A stretch of 64,000 bases of DNA, taken from NCBI GenBank assembly GCA_017513085.1, contig JAFWDK010000009.1:1-64000 (forward strand), given 5' to 3'. The notes beneath the pieces are model-generated. The model saw nothing but the letters and a program-made list of their open reading frames with translations. It was not told the origin of the DNA and searched no databases. This DNA is from Clostridiales bacterium (GTDB taxonomy: Bacteria; Bacillota; Clostridia; Saccharofermentanales; Saccharofermentanaceae). The stretch's first letter is position 1. Each line of letters opens with the position of its first letter. Position numbers and translations under genes: made by a program. Below are positions 39,369 to 49,206 of this stretch, one piece after another.

Positions 39369-40505
39369 ATGGAGAGGACAGAGCCTTCAAAATCAATAGC
39401 AGGATGGTGTCTTGCGTTCTTTAAGAAGAATACGGTGGTTTGTATTGCCGCGCTTCTGGCCATCGTTACATCCTTTTTCGTTCCGCCGGATAAAGCGTAT
39501 CTCGGGTATTTCGATCTTCGCACATTGACGTGCCTGTTTCTGACACTTGCCGTGATCTGCGCGCTCAAAGATATCAGTTTCTTCAGTATCGTTGCGCAAA
39601 GGATCGTCGTGACAACGGGAAACCTGAGGATATTGGCTTTAGCCTTAGTCTATATCACATTTATCGGCTCGATGCTGATCGCAAACGATATGGCCTTGAT
39701 CACGTTCTTGCCGCTTGGTTATTTCGCTCTTTCTGTAACCAAAAATGAAGAGAAGATGGCGTACATCTTTATCCTTCAGAATATATCCGCCAATCTCGGC
39801 GGCATGCTGACACCGTTCGGAAACCCGCAGAATCTTTTCTTATACTCTTATTTCGGCATCCCGACGGGAGAGTTCACAAAGATCATGTTTCCTCCGTTTC
39901 TTCTGGCTATCGCGATGCTCACTGCGGCCTGCTTCCTGATCCCGCGGACCCCGCTGGTGATCAAGGACGATTCCGGCCGGACGCTGAATAAGAAGCGCAC
40001 GACACTGTATCTGGTGCTTTTCGCGTTCTCGCTGCTGATCGTATTCAGACTGATTCCGTACTGGGTAGGTCTTCTGATCATACCGGTCATTCTTTTCTTC
40101 GCAGACAAAAAAGTCTTTGGCGAGATCGACTGGGGACTTCTGGCAACATTTTCATTGTTCTTTGTTTTTTCCGGAAATATGGCGAGGATCCCGGCTGTGC
40201 AGAACTTTGTCAGCCATCTCCTTGGCCGTAGCACTCTCCTCGTGAGTATTGCTTCTTGTCAGGTGATCAGTAATGTTCCTTCTGCGATCCTGCTTTCCAG
40301 ATTTACGAATAACTATCACGCGTTGCTTCTGGGCGTGAATATCGGTGGTACAGGAACGCTGATATCCTCTTTGGCAAGTCTTATTACCTTTAGCCACTAC
40401 CGTAACCTGCGCCCCGGACATACGAAACAGTATCTGTTGCTTTTTACACTTATGAATGTGATCTTTCTGGCCGTTATGGCAACAGCGGCGTGGTTCTTCT
40501 TTTAA
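39369..40505 (+). CDS. Anion/citrate permease (CitMHS/ArsB-NhaD superfamily)
   Basis: Multi-TM; ANLGGMLTPFGNPQNL, ISNVPSA and GVNIGGTGTLISSLAS. Confidence 0.85.
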   Translation: MERTEPSKSIAGWCLAFFKKNTVVCIAALLAIVTSFFVPPDKAYLGYFDLRTLTCLFLTLAVICALKDISFFSIVAQRIVVTTGNLRILALALVYITFIGSMLIANDMALITFLPLGYFALSVTKNEEKMAYIFILQNISANLGGMLTPFGNPQNLFLYSYFGIPTGEFTKIMFPPFLLAIAMLTAACFLIPRTPLVIKDDSGRTLNKKRTTLYLVLFAFSLLIVFRLIPYWVGLLIIPVILFFADKKVFGEIDWGLLATFSLFFVFSGNMARIPAVQNFVSHLLGRSTLLVSIASCQVISNVPSAILLSRFTNNYHALLLGVNIGGTGTLISSLASLITFSHYRNLRPGHTKQYLLLFTLMNVIFLAVMATAAWFFF

Positions 40506-40549
40506 GAACAGATCAGAAAGTGTATAATTTGACGAGGAGGTTCGCCATC

Positions 40550-41161
40550 ATGGACAAGCGCATTATCACAATCGGGCGTGAATTTGGAAGCGGAGGCCGC
40601 GAGATCGGCATCAAGCTTTCCGAGAAACTGGGCATTCCTTTTTATGACAAAGAACTGATTACGTTGGCGGCGAAAGCCGGGGGAATCGATCCTAAACTGA
40701 TCGAACGAAACGAAGAGGGTGCACACCGTATCTCGGACAAGGGAAGAGGCAGAATGTCATTTTTCTCATTGTCTTATACACCGGATTTTTCCGATGCGAT
40801 CTACCTGCAACAGTGCCGTGTGATCAAGGAACTGGCCGAACAGGGTCCTTGTGTGATCGTAGGAAGATGTGCAGATTATGTGTTGCGAAATGAAGGCAGT
40901 ATCAATGTTTTCATCGCGGCCAGCATGCCGTTTAAGATTGCGCGTAAGCGGAAAGTAGCGGTTGAGAAAGCTGATTATACGGATGAGCAGATGGAGCGCT
41001 ACATTAACGATATGAATGCGGCGCGTGCGAACTACTATAATCACTATACGAACCAGAAGTGGGGAAACAGTTCCACCTATCACTTGTGCGTACACTCGGA
41101 TCTGGTGGATGTGGACGGCTCGGTGGAGACGATCCTGACATATTTAAACAGCTTGAAGTAA
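40550..41161 (+). CDS. Cytidylate kinase-like family protein
   Basis: ITIGREFGSGG, YDKELI and CVIVGRCADYVL. Confidence 0.88.
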   Translation: MDKRIITIGREFGSGGREIGIKLSEKLGIPFYDKELITLAAKAGGIDPKLIERNEEGAHRISDKGRGRMSFFSLSYTPDFSDAIYLQQCRVIKELAEQGPCVIVGRCADYVLRNEGSINVFIAASMPFKIARKRKVAVEKADYTDEQMERYINDMNAARANYYNHYTNQKWGNSSTYHLCVHSDLVDVDGSVETILTYLNSLK

Positions 41162-41171
41162 AGGAGCACTT

Positions 41172-42125
41172 ATGAAGACGAAAGTATTTATTGACGGAAG
41201 TGAAGGCACAACAGGACTTCGGATTTTTGAAAGATTTCAGGGAAGAGACGATATCGAGATCTTAAAGATCGATCCGGAACTTCGAAAAGATCCGGAGGAA
41301 AGAAGAAAACTGATCAATTCTTCGGACATCACTTTCCTCTGCCTTCCGGATGCAGCGGCAATCGAGGCTGTCAGTCTGGTCGACCCGGATAACGATCATG
41401 TGGTGATCATTGACGCATCGACAGCACACCGCACATTGCCGGAATGGGCTTACGGGTTCCCGGAACTTTCCGATTCCCATCGATCCGCGCTCCTTCACGG
41501 AAACCGCATCGCAGTACCGGGATGCTATGCTTCCGGTTTCGTATCACTTGTGTACCCGATGGTCGTAAGCGGAATACTACCGAAAGATTACCCGGTAAGT
41601 GCTTTTGCATTGTCAGGATACAGTGGTGCAGGCAAAAAGACTATTGCTGTCTATGAGAGCAGCGACCGTCCGAAGGAGTTCTCGTCCGGACGTGAATATG
41701 CGCTTGCACAGCAGCACAAGCATCTTAAGGAGATGCAGGCGGTCACGGGTATTGCACGTACACCTTTGTTTTCTCCGATCATTGACGATTACTATAGCGG
41801 AATGGTCGTTTCCGTGCCGCTTTATACCGATATGCTCGGCGTGATGCAGACACCTTCTGAACTTCTTGCGTTCTTCCGTGAGTACTATAAAGACCAGAAG
41901 TTTATCAAGGTGGCAGAAGACGACGACGAGACGGCGGCAAGCGGTTTCCTCGCGGGCAATCAGCTTTCAGGCTGGGATGGCTTGAAGATCTACGTAACAG
42001 GAAATGAAGACCGCATCGTCGTTTCTTCTCAGTTCGACAATCTGGGCAAGGGTGCTTCCGGAGCGGCAATCGAGTGCATGAATATCCGTCTTGGCTGTGA
42101 TGAGGCTAAAGGATTGAATCTTTGA
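41172..42125 (+). CDS. argC: N-acetyl-gamma-glutamyl-phosphate reductase (type 2)
   Basis: VFIDGSEGTTGL, IDASTAHR, VPGCYASG, SGYSGAGK and DNLGKGASGAA. Confidence 0.95.
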   Translation: MKTKVFIDGSEGTTGLRIFERFQGRDDIEILKIDPELRKDPEERRKLINSSDITFLCLPDAAAIEAVSLVDPDNDHVVIIDASTAHRTLPEWAYGFPELSDSHRSALLHGNRIAVPGCYASGFVSLVYPMVVSGILPKDYPVSAFALSGYSGAGKKTIAVYESSDRPKEFSSGREYALAQQHKHLKEMQAVTGIARTPLFSPIIDDYYSGMVVSVPLYTDMLGVMQTPSELLAFFREYYKDQKFIKVAEDDDETAASGFLAGNQLSGWDGLKIYVTGNEDRIVVSSQFDNLGKGASGAAIECMNIRLGCDEAKGLNL

Positions 42126-42349
42126 TTTCGTCTTTCGTACAAACAGCCCGATGGGAAAATCAGAGTAAAACTATAAACGAGGCGATTCTGCAATTAATGA
42201 ATCGCCTCTTTTTTCGCCACCTCCCCAAAATGAAAAAGAATTTGCTAATCCGCAAATGATATGGTTTTAACGTGCTTTCTTCTATGATATATTCATGATG
42301 GTATATTCGTTTGCTTCTGATATGAAGATAATCGTGTGAGGGTAAGTAT

Positions 42350-45300
42350 ATGAAGAAAAAGGTTGTATCGCTAGTTTGCGGATTGGCTGCCGTTTCGGCT
42401 GCAGTGCTCGTGACATGGAGTGGATCCGGATCGACCGTGCGGGCAGCTGTCAATGCCGACGGCTCGGTAACGATCAATACGGAAAATTTCCCGGATGAAG
42501 TATTTCGGACCAAAGTTTCTGAGTTCAATAAAGACGGGGACAAAGTGCTTTCAAAGACAGAACTCGAATCGGTAACCAGGATCATTATGCCTGAATCGTC
42601 TGTCAGTGATCTTACCGGTATTGAGTATTTTACGGAGTTGCGCACTCTTGATGTAACCGGAAATCAACTTACGAAATTGGATCTTACCAGAAATACAAAA
42701 CTTATCGTTTTGGATTGTGGCGAAAACCAACTGACTGAATTGAACATCACGGGTCTTGCCGGATTGACTTATCTGGAATGTCAGTATAATGAGCTTACAT
42801 CATTAGATGTATCTACAAATACGGATCTGTATAGTATCAATTGTTCGTGTAATCAGTTTGCAACGCTGAAAATTACAAGTGCTCTTCCTAATTTGCACGA
42901 ACTTAATTGTAGTGGTGAACGGACCGGGACGAATTATGCTAAATTATCAGAATTAACGCTGACCGGTGCAACCGAACTTACGGATTTGAAGTGCTCGTAT
43001 AATAACTTAAAAACGTTAACGCTTACCAAAAATACGAAACTTGAGAAACTGGTTTGTGATTCTTTTCAAGGCACGATCCTGTCGATTACAACTAACACTT
43101 CTCTTACAGAACTATCTTGTTCCAATTCAAATTTGATGACGATCAACTTCCCGAAAGACAAAAGCAAATTGAAGACGCTTAATGTTTCCCAAAACAATCT
43201 TTCTGCATTGGATCTATCAGGAGCATCGTCATTAGAAAAGCTGGATTGTTGTAAGAATCCTTCGCTTGCTACTTTGACTCTGACCGGATGTTCCTCTCTT
43301 GCTTATGTAGATGTGCAATCGTGCTTTTTGTCGACATTGGACATTTCTTCATGTGTGAATCTGGAAACACTGTATTGCCAGGACAATGAGATTTCCAAAC
43401 TGGATTTGTCCGGTAAGACCGAACTCACATATTTTCGTTGCTATAATAATCAGATCAAAACACTGAACCTTACATCTTGCTCGAAATTGTATATGATCGA
43501 GTGCGAAAAAAATGAGCTTTCGTCTTTGGATCTTTCAAAATGTGTGAATATTTCGAGTGTAGAGTGCCAACGCAATCAGTTGACTTCACTTAAGCTTCCT
43601 AAGACAGAAAGGCTATACGAAGTCCGTTGCTTTCAAAACAATCTGACCTCGCTGGACGTGTCGAATATGCCTAAGCTGGGCAAACTGGATTGTGACAGTA
43701 ATCAGTTGATTTCGTTGAATGTCAGTGGGAGTGAGATGCTCAAGGAGCTAGATTGCAGCTACAACGATAAGCTTACTTCTCTTGATGTTTCTACTTGCAC
43801 TTCACTACGTGAGCTCTACTGCTTCATGTGCGGATTGACCTCGTTGAAAGTGAAGGGGGCAAATGCTCTTGAAAAAATCAGTTGTGGAAATAACAAACTC
43901 ACACAACTGGATGTATCCGATCTTGCTTCGCTAAAAGAACTGATGTGTGCGCAAAACGATTTGGAAAAACTAACGATTTCCGGTGCAGGTTCACTGCAGA
44001 CGATCTCGTGCTATGAAAACGAGTTGACTTCGTTAGCCGTGTCGAATCATTCTTCGTTGAAAGTAGTGGATTGTTACGATAATTTCATAGAAACACTAAA
44101 TCTGGATGGTTGCCCGATCTTGCTCTCTTGTGCTAAGGGAACGTATAAGCGAGAAAGTATATATGTTTTTAGTCATGGTGATATCCAGGTTAAGAATTAT
44201 ACAACAGATACGACCGGTAATAGTTATCCAAGTGAGAGAATCGTCTGTGATCTTATGACTGACTTGATTTCTTCGGGACTGACGCCTACTCCGGTTCCGG
44301 CGGCGCCTTCTTCTGATGCTGTGCTGATCAACGAAAGGAATTTCCCGGATCCTTGCTTCCGTCTATATATGAAGAAGCAAGTATTCGATAAGAACAAAAA
44401 CGGTGGATTGGAACCGGAGGAAGTACAGGCCGTCACTTCAATCGTGTGTGATATGGAAGGATGGCAATCTTTGAAGGGAATCGAATATTTTCCGAATCTG
44501 AAGATTCTTGATATCTCAAATTGTCAGGTCACCTCTGTCGATATCAGCCATAATACAAAACTCACGAACCTGTATATCTATAGTACTGATATATCTAAGC
44601 TGGATTTGAGTAATAATGGTGAGTTGAGATATCTTGAGTGCGTTAATACTAAGATAGCCAATCTGGATCTGAGTAGGAATCCGAAACTTATCTTTGTGGT
44701 TATGTACGGCAATCTGATGCACGAACTGAATATTTACCATTGTCCTTATCTTGTTGAATTAGTCAATACAACTGAGCGGCAGGAAGATGACGAGTATGGT
44801 GTGGAGATGTATTTCTATTCCGGCCGTACAAGCGGTGGTGAAAGTGAGCTTTCGTATGAGAAGAATTTGCAGATCGTGTTGACCCAACCGACACCGACAC
44901 CGGTTACCCAGAAAACGGTGGAGATCGGTAAGAGCTTCCAGTACCAAGTCTCTGGTGTTTCGGCATCGAACATCAAGTGGTCTGTCGGAAATACATCTGT
45001 CGCCATGGTTGATTCTACTGGTAAAGTAACAGGTAAGAGTTTCGGAAATACATATCTGCACGTGGAACTTCCGAACGGCACGACGATCAAGTGCCTGGTG
45101 AAGGTAGTGTATCCGACTCTCAAGATCAACTATACAGAAAAGACGTTACATATTAACCAGGCATTCCAGTTTGTTGACTCAGGCGCGGCGGGACAGAAGA
45201 TAACCTGGTCGGTGGGTAACACTTCGGTGGCAAGTGTGGATCAGAACGGAAAGGTGACCGGTAAGAAAGCGGCGAATACATACCTCTACGCGAAGAGCGC

Positions 45301-45805
45301 AGACGGGCGCGTGGCCAAGTGTCTTGTTAAGGTCATCGATCCGGGCACGCTGGGCATTAACTATACGGAGAAGACGGTCTACCTGTGTCAGAGCTTCACG
45401 TTTACGGCGAAGAATAAAGGCATTCTTTCGGTGAACTGGTCTGTAGGAAATACTGCGGTTGCGACTGTTGACTCAACAGGTAAGGTGACCGCAAAGAGTG
45501 TAGGTAACACCTACCTGTATGCGAAGACAGAAGACGGGCGTTCGGCAAGATGTCTGGTGAAGGTCGTTGATCCGGGTCCGCTCAGCATTACTTATACGGA
45601 AAAGACGATTAAGGTCGGCGCGACGTTCCAGTTCACGGCGAAGAATCCGGCAGGACAGACAGTTTCCTGGAAAGTCGGGAACACCTCCGTCGCAACTGTC
45701 GACGCTTCCGGCAAAGTTACCGGCAAGAGCGTCGCCAACACCTGGCTGTATGCGAGCACGCCGGACGGTCGCGAAGTGCGCTGCCTATTGAAAATTGTTG
45801 CTTGA
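42350..45805 (+). CDS. Secreted LRR protein with Big_2 repeats, paralog of 23175..27134
   Basis: Same architecture: signal peptide, NFPD cap twice, Cys-LRRs and four WSVGNT-type Ig-like repeats. Confidence 0.9.
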   Translation: MKKKVVSLVCGLAAVSAAVLVTWSGSGSTVRAAVNADGSVTINTENFPDEVFRTKVSEFNKDGDKVLSKTELESVTRIIMPESSVSDLTGIEYFTELRTLDVTGNQLTKLDLTRNTKLIVLDCGENQLTELNITGLAGLTYLECQYNELTSLDVSTNTDLYSINCSCNQFATLKITSALPNLHELNCSGERTGTNYAKLSELTLTGATELTDLKCSYNNLKTLTLTKNTKLEKLVCDSFQGTILSITTNTSLTELSCSNSNLMTINFPKDKSKLKTLNVSQNNLSALDLSGASSLEKLDCCKNPSLATLTLTGCSSLAYVDVQSCFLSTLDISSCVNLETLYCQDNEISKLDLSGKTELTYFRCYNNQIKTLNLTSCSKLYMIECEKNELSSLDLSKCVNISSVECQRNQLTSLKLPKTERLYEVRCFQNNLTSLDVSNMPKLGKLDCDSNQLISLNVSGSEMLKELDCSYNDKLTSLDVSTCTSLRELYCFMCGLTSLKVKGANALEKISCGNNKLTQLDVSDLASLKELMCAQNDLEKLTISGAGSLQTISCYENELTSLAVSNHSSLKVVDCYDNFIETLNLDGCPILLSCAKGTYKRESIYVFSHGDIQVKNYTTDTTGNSYPSERIVCDLMTDLISSGLTPTPVPAAPSSDAVLINERNFPDPCFRLYMKKQVFDKNKNGGLEPEEVQAVTSIVCDMEGWQSLKGIEYFPNLKILDISNCQVTSVDISHNTKLTNLYIYSTDISKLDLSNNGELRYLECVNTKIANLDLSRNPKLIFVVMYGNLMHELNIYHCPYLVELVNTTERQEDDEYGVEMYFYSGRTSGGESELSYEKNLQIVLTQPTPTPVTQKTVEIGKSFQYQVSGVSASNIKWSVGNTSVAMVDSTGKVTGKSFGNTYLHVELPNGTTIKCLVKVVYPTLKINYTEKTLHINQAFQFVDSGAAGQKITWSVGNTSVASVDQNGKVTGKKAANTYLYAKSADGRVAKCLVKVIDPGTLGINYTEKTVYLCQSFTFTAKNKGILSVNWSVGNTAVATVDSTGKVTAKSVGNTYLYAKTEDGRSARCLVKVVDPGPLSITYTEKTIKVGATFQFTAKNPAGQTVSWKVGNTSVATVDASGKVTGKSVANTWLYASTPDGREVRCLLKIVA

Positions 45806-45953
45806 TGGGGAGAGATATGAAAGAGTAGAAAAATTCCGGTAAGAAACAGGCATTAGCGATCACACAGGCGGCGTACTTTCCGTGAAGCGCGATGAGAGAT
45901 TTGGCCGCCGCCTTCTATTAGGAATTATCATCTTTATAATCTTAAACCGTGCC

Positions 45954-45984
45954 AAATCAGGACGCCTAACGTCCTGATTTTTTT
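45954..45984 (+). terminator. Rho-independent terminator
   Basis: AAATCAGGACG-cctaa-CGTCCTGATTT plus T tract. Confidence 0.75.
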
Positions 45985-46083
45985 GTCACACAAGTCATGA
46001 GAATTTTATACTTTACTCGGAGAATTTCTGCCTCGCGACAGAATCCGGTCACGTTATGGAAATAACGTATCGGAGGTGACTTT

Positions 46084-46599
46084 ATGAGTCGAGCTGTTGA
46101 AAAGAAATGTTTTCAGGCGGAGCAGATGTATTCTGGGGAGCATGATATGATTCAGAAGAATGATTTTGCCAAATATATTCGTGAGAAAAGGCGTGAATAC
46201 AATGAGATGCACCAGCAACAGCTGAGCACACGCAAAATAGCTCATATCCTCGGAATGTGTGAAAGTTCTTTTCCCAAAGTACTGAATCGAGAAAGACCGA
46301 CGAAGCATCGGGATGTGATCATTGCGATCTGCGTCGTGCTGGAACTCCTTCCCGGAGAAGTGTCGGAAGCACTGCGGCTTTATAATATGCCGGAACTGGA
46401 AGACCAGAGAAAGCTGTCCGGCGAAGAGGTCGACCGGGACAGGTTCCTTTCGAGGATCATGATCAGCGGGAATTCGAAGAAACAGGTCGTCTCGGTGCAA
46501 ATTGTGGATGCGCAGCTGAAGGCGGCGGGATTCCGGCCGCTGATGATCGAACCCAAAGCGGAAATGCAGACGGGACAGGATATGTCCCGTTTTTGTTGA
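46084..46599 (+). CDS. XRE-like helix-turn-helix protein
   Basis: LSTRKIAHILGMCESSFPKVLNRER...RDVIIAICVVL. Confidence 0.6.
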   Translation: MSRAVEKKCFQAEQMYSGEHDMIQKNDFAKYIREKRREYNEMHQQQLSTRKIAHILGMCESSFPKVLNRERPTKHRDVIIAICVVLELLPGEVSEALRLYNMPELEDQRKLSGEEVDRDRFLSRIMISGNSKKQVVSVQIVDAQLKAAGFRPLMIEPKAEMQTGQDMSRFC

Positions 46600-46660
46600 A
46601 TCGGTAAAAATTTCATTCCTATACTCGAATTAGAAGACTGATTCGAAATGGGGTGAGATC

Positions 46661-47761
46661 ATGAAAAAGATGTTGATAATTCTTATGTGTGCTGTGTTGG
46701 TACTGCCTTCCTTTGCTTGTTCCAAGACGAAAGAGACAGAGCATGTTCACCAATGGAGCGAGGCAGATTGTGTTTCCCCGAAAAAATGTGATCTTTGTGG
46801 TGAAACACAGGGAAAAGCACTGGGCCATAAATGGGAAGAGGCAAAATGTGATTCTCCAAAGACGTGTTCAGTTTGCGGAGAAACAGAAGGAGCGGCACTT
46901 GGTCACAAGTGGGATGAAGCAACGTGTACTTCACCGAAAACGTGCTCAGTCTGCGGAGCGACAGAGGGGGATGCTCTCGGTCATAAGTGGGTTGAAGCAA
47001 CATGTGATACGCCTAAGACTTGCTCCGTTTGCGGCGAAACTGAAGGCGAAAAACTGGGACACAAAGTAGATGCCTGGGAACTGGTAAAAGATGCCACGTG
47101 TGCCGAAGAAGGTAGCGAGAAAGGAGTCTGCACGCGGTGCGGAAAGGAACAGACCCGCACGCTTGACTTGCTTGCACATGACTTCGGAGACTGGAAGACG
47201 ACAGAAAAAGCGTCTTGTACTCAAGAAGGAAAAGAAGTTCGCGTTTGCAAAGTTTGCGGTGCTGAAGAAGAATCAAAGATCGACAAACTGGATCATGTTG
47301 AAAGCGATTGGAGTATTGAAGAAGAAGCAACATATACTGATAGCGGAGTGCGAGTCAAGAAATGTAAAGTCTGTGGTGAAGAGTTGGTTCGAGAAACGTA
47401 TTCTTTGGCTAAAGACGAGAAGAGCGAGTGGCTGCGAAGAAACTGTAAGACGGGACTTTACAAGAGCTTGGAGAGAACACCGGACGATTATGAAGGTGAG
47501 TATGTAAAGTTTACCTGCAAAGTGCGTCAGGTTTGTCATGAGGCGACCTCTTCGAGTGAGTATTCTCAGTATCGCATGGCGACATCCGGTAGTTATGACA
47601 ATGTAATCTACGCAGTGATCGATAATTACGGTGCGAAATCCAGAATCCTCGAAGATGATAAAATTACTGTGTATGGTATCTCAGGTGGCCTTTACTCTTA
47701 CACGACAGTTAGAGGAGACAAGGTTACGATTCCGCTGGTATATGTGATTGAGTGGGAATAA
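46661..47761 (+). CDS. Lipoprotein with tandem His/CxxC repeats and a C-terminal TcdC-like OB-fold
   Basis: Lipobox SFAC; repeats HKWxEATCxxPKTCSVCGETEG; C-terminal YKSLERTPDDYEG...RILEDDKITVYG...TIP. Confidence 0.75.
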   Translation: MKKMLIILMCAVLVLPSFACSKTKETEHVHQWSEADCVSPKKCDLCGETQGKALGHKWEEAKCDSPKTCSVCGETEGAALGHKWDEATCTSPKTCSVCGATEGDALGHKWVEATCDTPKTCSVCGETEGEKLGHKVDAWELVKDATCAEEGSEKGVCTRCGKEQTRTLDLLAHDFGDWKTTEKASCTQEGKEVRVCKVCGAEEESKIDKLDHVESDWSIEEEATYTDSGVRVKKCKVCGEELVRETYSLAKDEKSEWLRRNCKTGLYKSLERTPDDYEGEYVKFTCKVRQVCHEATSSSEYSQYRMATSGSYDNVIYAVIDNYGAKSRILEDDKITVYGISGGLYSYTTVRGDKVTIPLVYVIEWE

Positions 47762-47780
47762 CGGCAGAAGCACTTCATCC

Positions 47781-47809
47781 TTGACTTTTCCATACGGCAA
47801 GCGTACAAT
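47781..47809 (+). promoter_or_regulatory. Sigma70-type promoter of the pheST leader
   Basis: TTGACT-17 bp-TACAAT. Confidence 0.75.
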
Positions 47810-47817
47810 CAAAATCT

Positions 47818-48095
47818 GCAATGAAGGTGCGTAAGTAGTTTTTGCCTATACCTGTGAGAAGAGAGTCACGTCACCGGCTGAGAGCGTGATGACAGAGGGA
47901 AAAGATGAATTTCAACACTGGAGCGGTCTGACGAAGGTGAGTTCTCACAGATAAGCAGATGCAGGCGCAGCATTACGGCGCGATAAAGAGCGGGAAGCAT
48001 AGAAACGATGCTTTTTCGAACATGGGTGGTACCGCGAAGGTGCGAAATAAAGCGAATTCGTCCCATGGCAATAGAAATGTTGCCATGGGATTTTT
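47818..48095 (+). ncRNA. T-box riboswitch (Phe, specifier TTC) with terminator
   Basis: Stem I motifs AGTAG, GAGAG and GCTGAG; specifier TTC at 47911-47913; T-box AACATGGGTGGTACCGCG at 48019-48036; terminator TCCCATGGCAA...TTGCCATGGGA-TTTTT; upstream of pheS. Confidence 0.92.
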
Positions 48096-48145
48096 GTATT
48101 CCGGGCAAAGAAAGTTAGTAATAGATAACAAAGCAGGAGGAAAGT

Positions 48146-49189
48146 ATGGCGGAACTGAGTGAATTGAATGAAAAACTGTCGCAGATCCGAAACGAGATCG
48201 AGAGTGATCTTTCCGGCATTACAAGCTCAAAGGGTGTGTATGAATACCGTAAGAGCGTAATGGATGCTAAGGAAGGAAAGATCGGATCCCTCATGAAGGA
48301 AATGGGTAAGATCCCGAAGGAGCAGAAAGCCGATTACGGTAAGATGGTCAACGAGATCAAGAACTGGGCACAGGAGAAGTTTGATGAGCTGGATGCCAAG
48401 TTCAAGGAGCAGGAGAGAAAAGCCCGCTATGAGGCGGAGAGCATCGATATTACACTTCCGGAGAAAAAGCAGAAGAAGGGTAAGCTCCATCCGAATACAC
48501 AGGTCAGAAATCAGATCGTGGATATCTTTGGTTCCATGGGTTTCCAGATCTATGAAGGAAACGAGATCGAGACGGATTACTATAACTTCACGGCTCTCAA
48601 TATTCCGCAGGATCATCCGGCTAGAGATATGCAGGATACATTCTACCTGAGCCCGGAGTTCCTGCTCCGTACGCAGACATCTGCCGGCCAGATCCATGTC
48701 ATGGAATCACAGAAGCCGCCGATCAAGATCATCTCTCCAGGTAAAGTATTCCGCTCCGACGACGATGCGACACACTCTCCGATGTTCTCCCAGATGGAAG
48801 GACTTGTTGTGGATAAAGGCATCACGCTTTGTGATCTGCAGGGTATGCTCGATGTGTTCGTTAAGAAGATCTTCGGCGAGGAGACAAGAACACGTCTTCG
48901 TCCTTCTTACTTCCCGTTTACAGAGCCTTCAGTAGAAGTGGACGTAAGCTGTTTCCAGTGTGGCGGTAAAGGCTGCAAGCTCTGTAAAGGAACAGGCTGG
49001 ATCGAAGTTCTGGGTGCCGGCGTGGTCAATAAGAAAGTGCTTGAGGGCTGCGGCATCGATAGCAATGTCTATAGTGGTCTGGCTTTCGGTATCGGTATTG
49101 ACCGGATCGCGATGCTTAAGTACGGCATTAACAACATCAAGATGCTTTTCGAATCGGACCTTCGCGTCCTCGATCAGATCGACGATTGA
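48146..49189 (+). CDS. pheS: Phenylalanine--tRNA ligase alpha subunit
   Basis: [29 protein letters not shown] and [13 protein letters not shown]. Confidence 0.98.
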   Translation: MAELSELNEKLSQIRNEIESDLSGITSSKGVYEYRKSVMDAKEGKIGSLMKEMGKIPKEQKADYGKMVNEIKNWAQEKFDELDAKFKEQERKARYEAESIDITLPEKKQKKGKLHPNTQVRNQIVDIFGSMGFQIYEGNEIETDYYNFTALNIPQDHPARDMQDTFYLSPEFLLRTQTSAGQIHVMESQKPPIKIISPGKVFRSDDDATHSPMFSQMEGLVVDKGITLCDLQGMLDVFVKKIFGEETRTRLRPSYFPFTEPSVEVDVSCFQCGGKGCKLCKGTGWIEVLGAGVVNKKVLEGCGIDSNVYSGLAFGIGIDRIAMLKYGINNIKMLFESDLRVLDQIDD

Positions 49190-49206
49190 GATAGGAGGAA
49201 AGAAAT

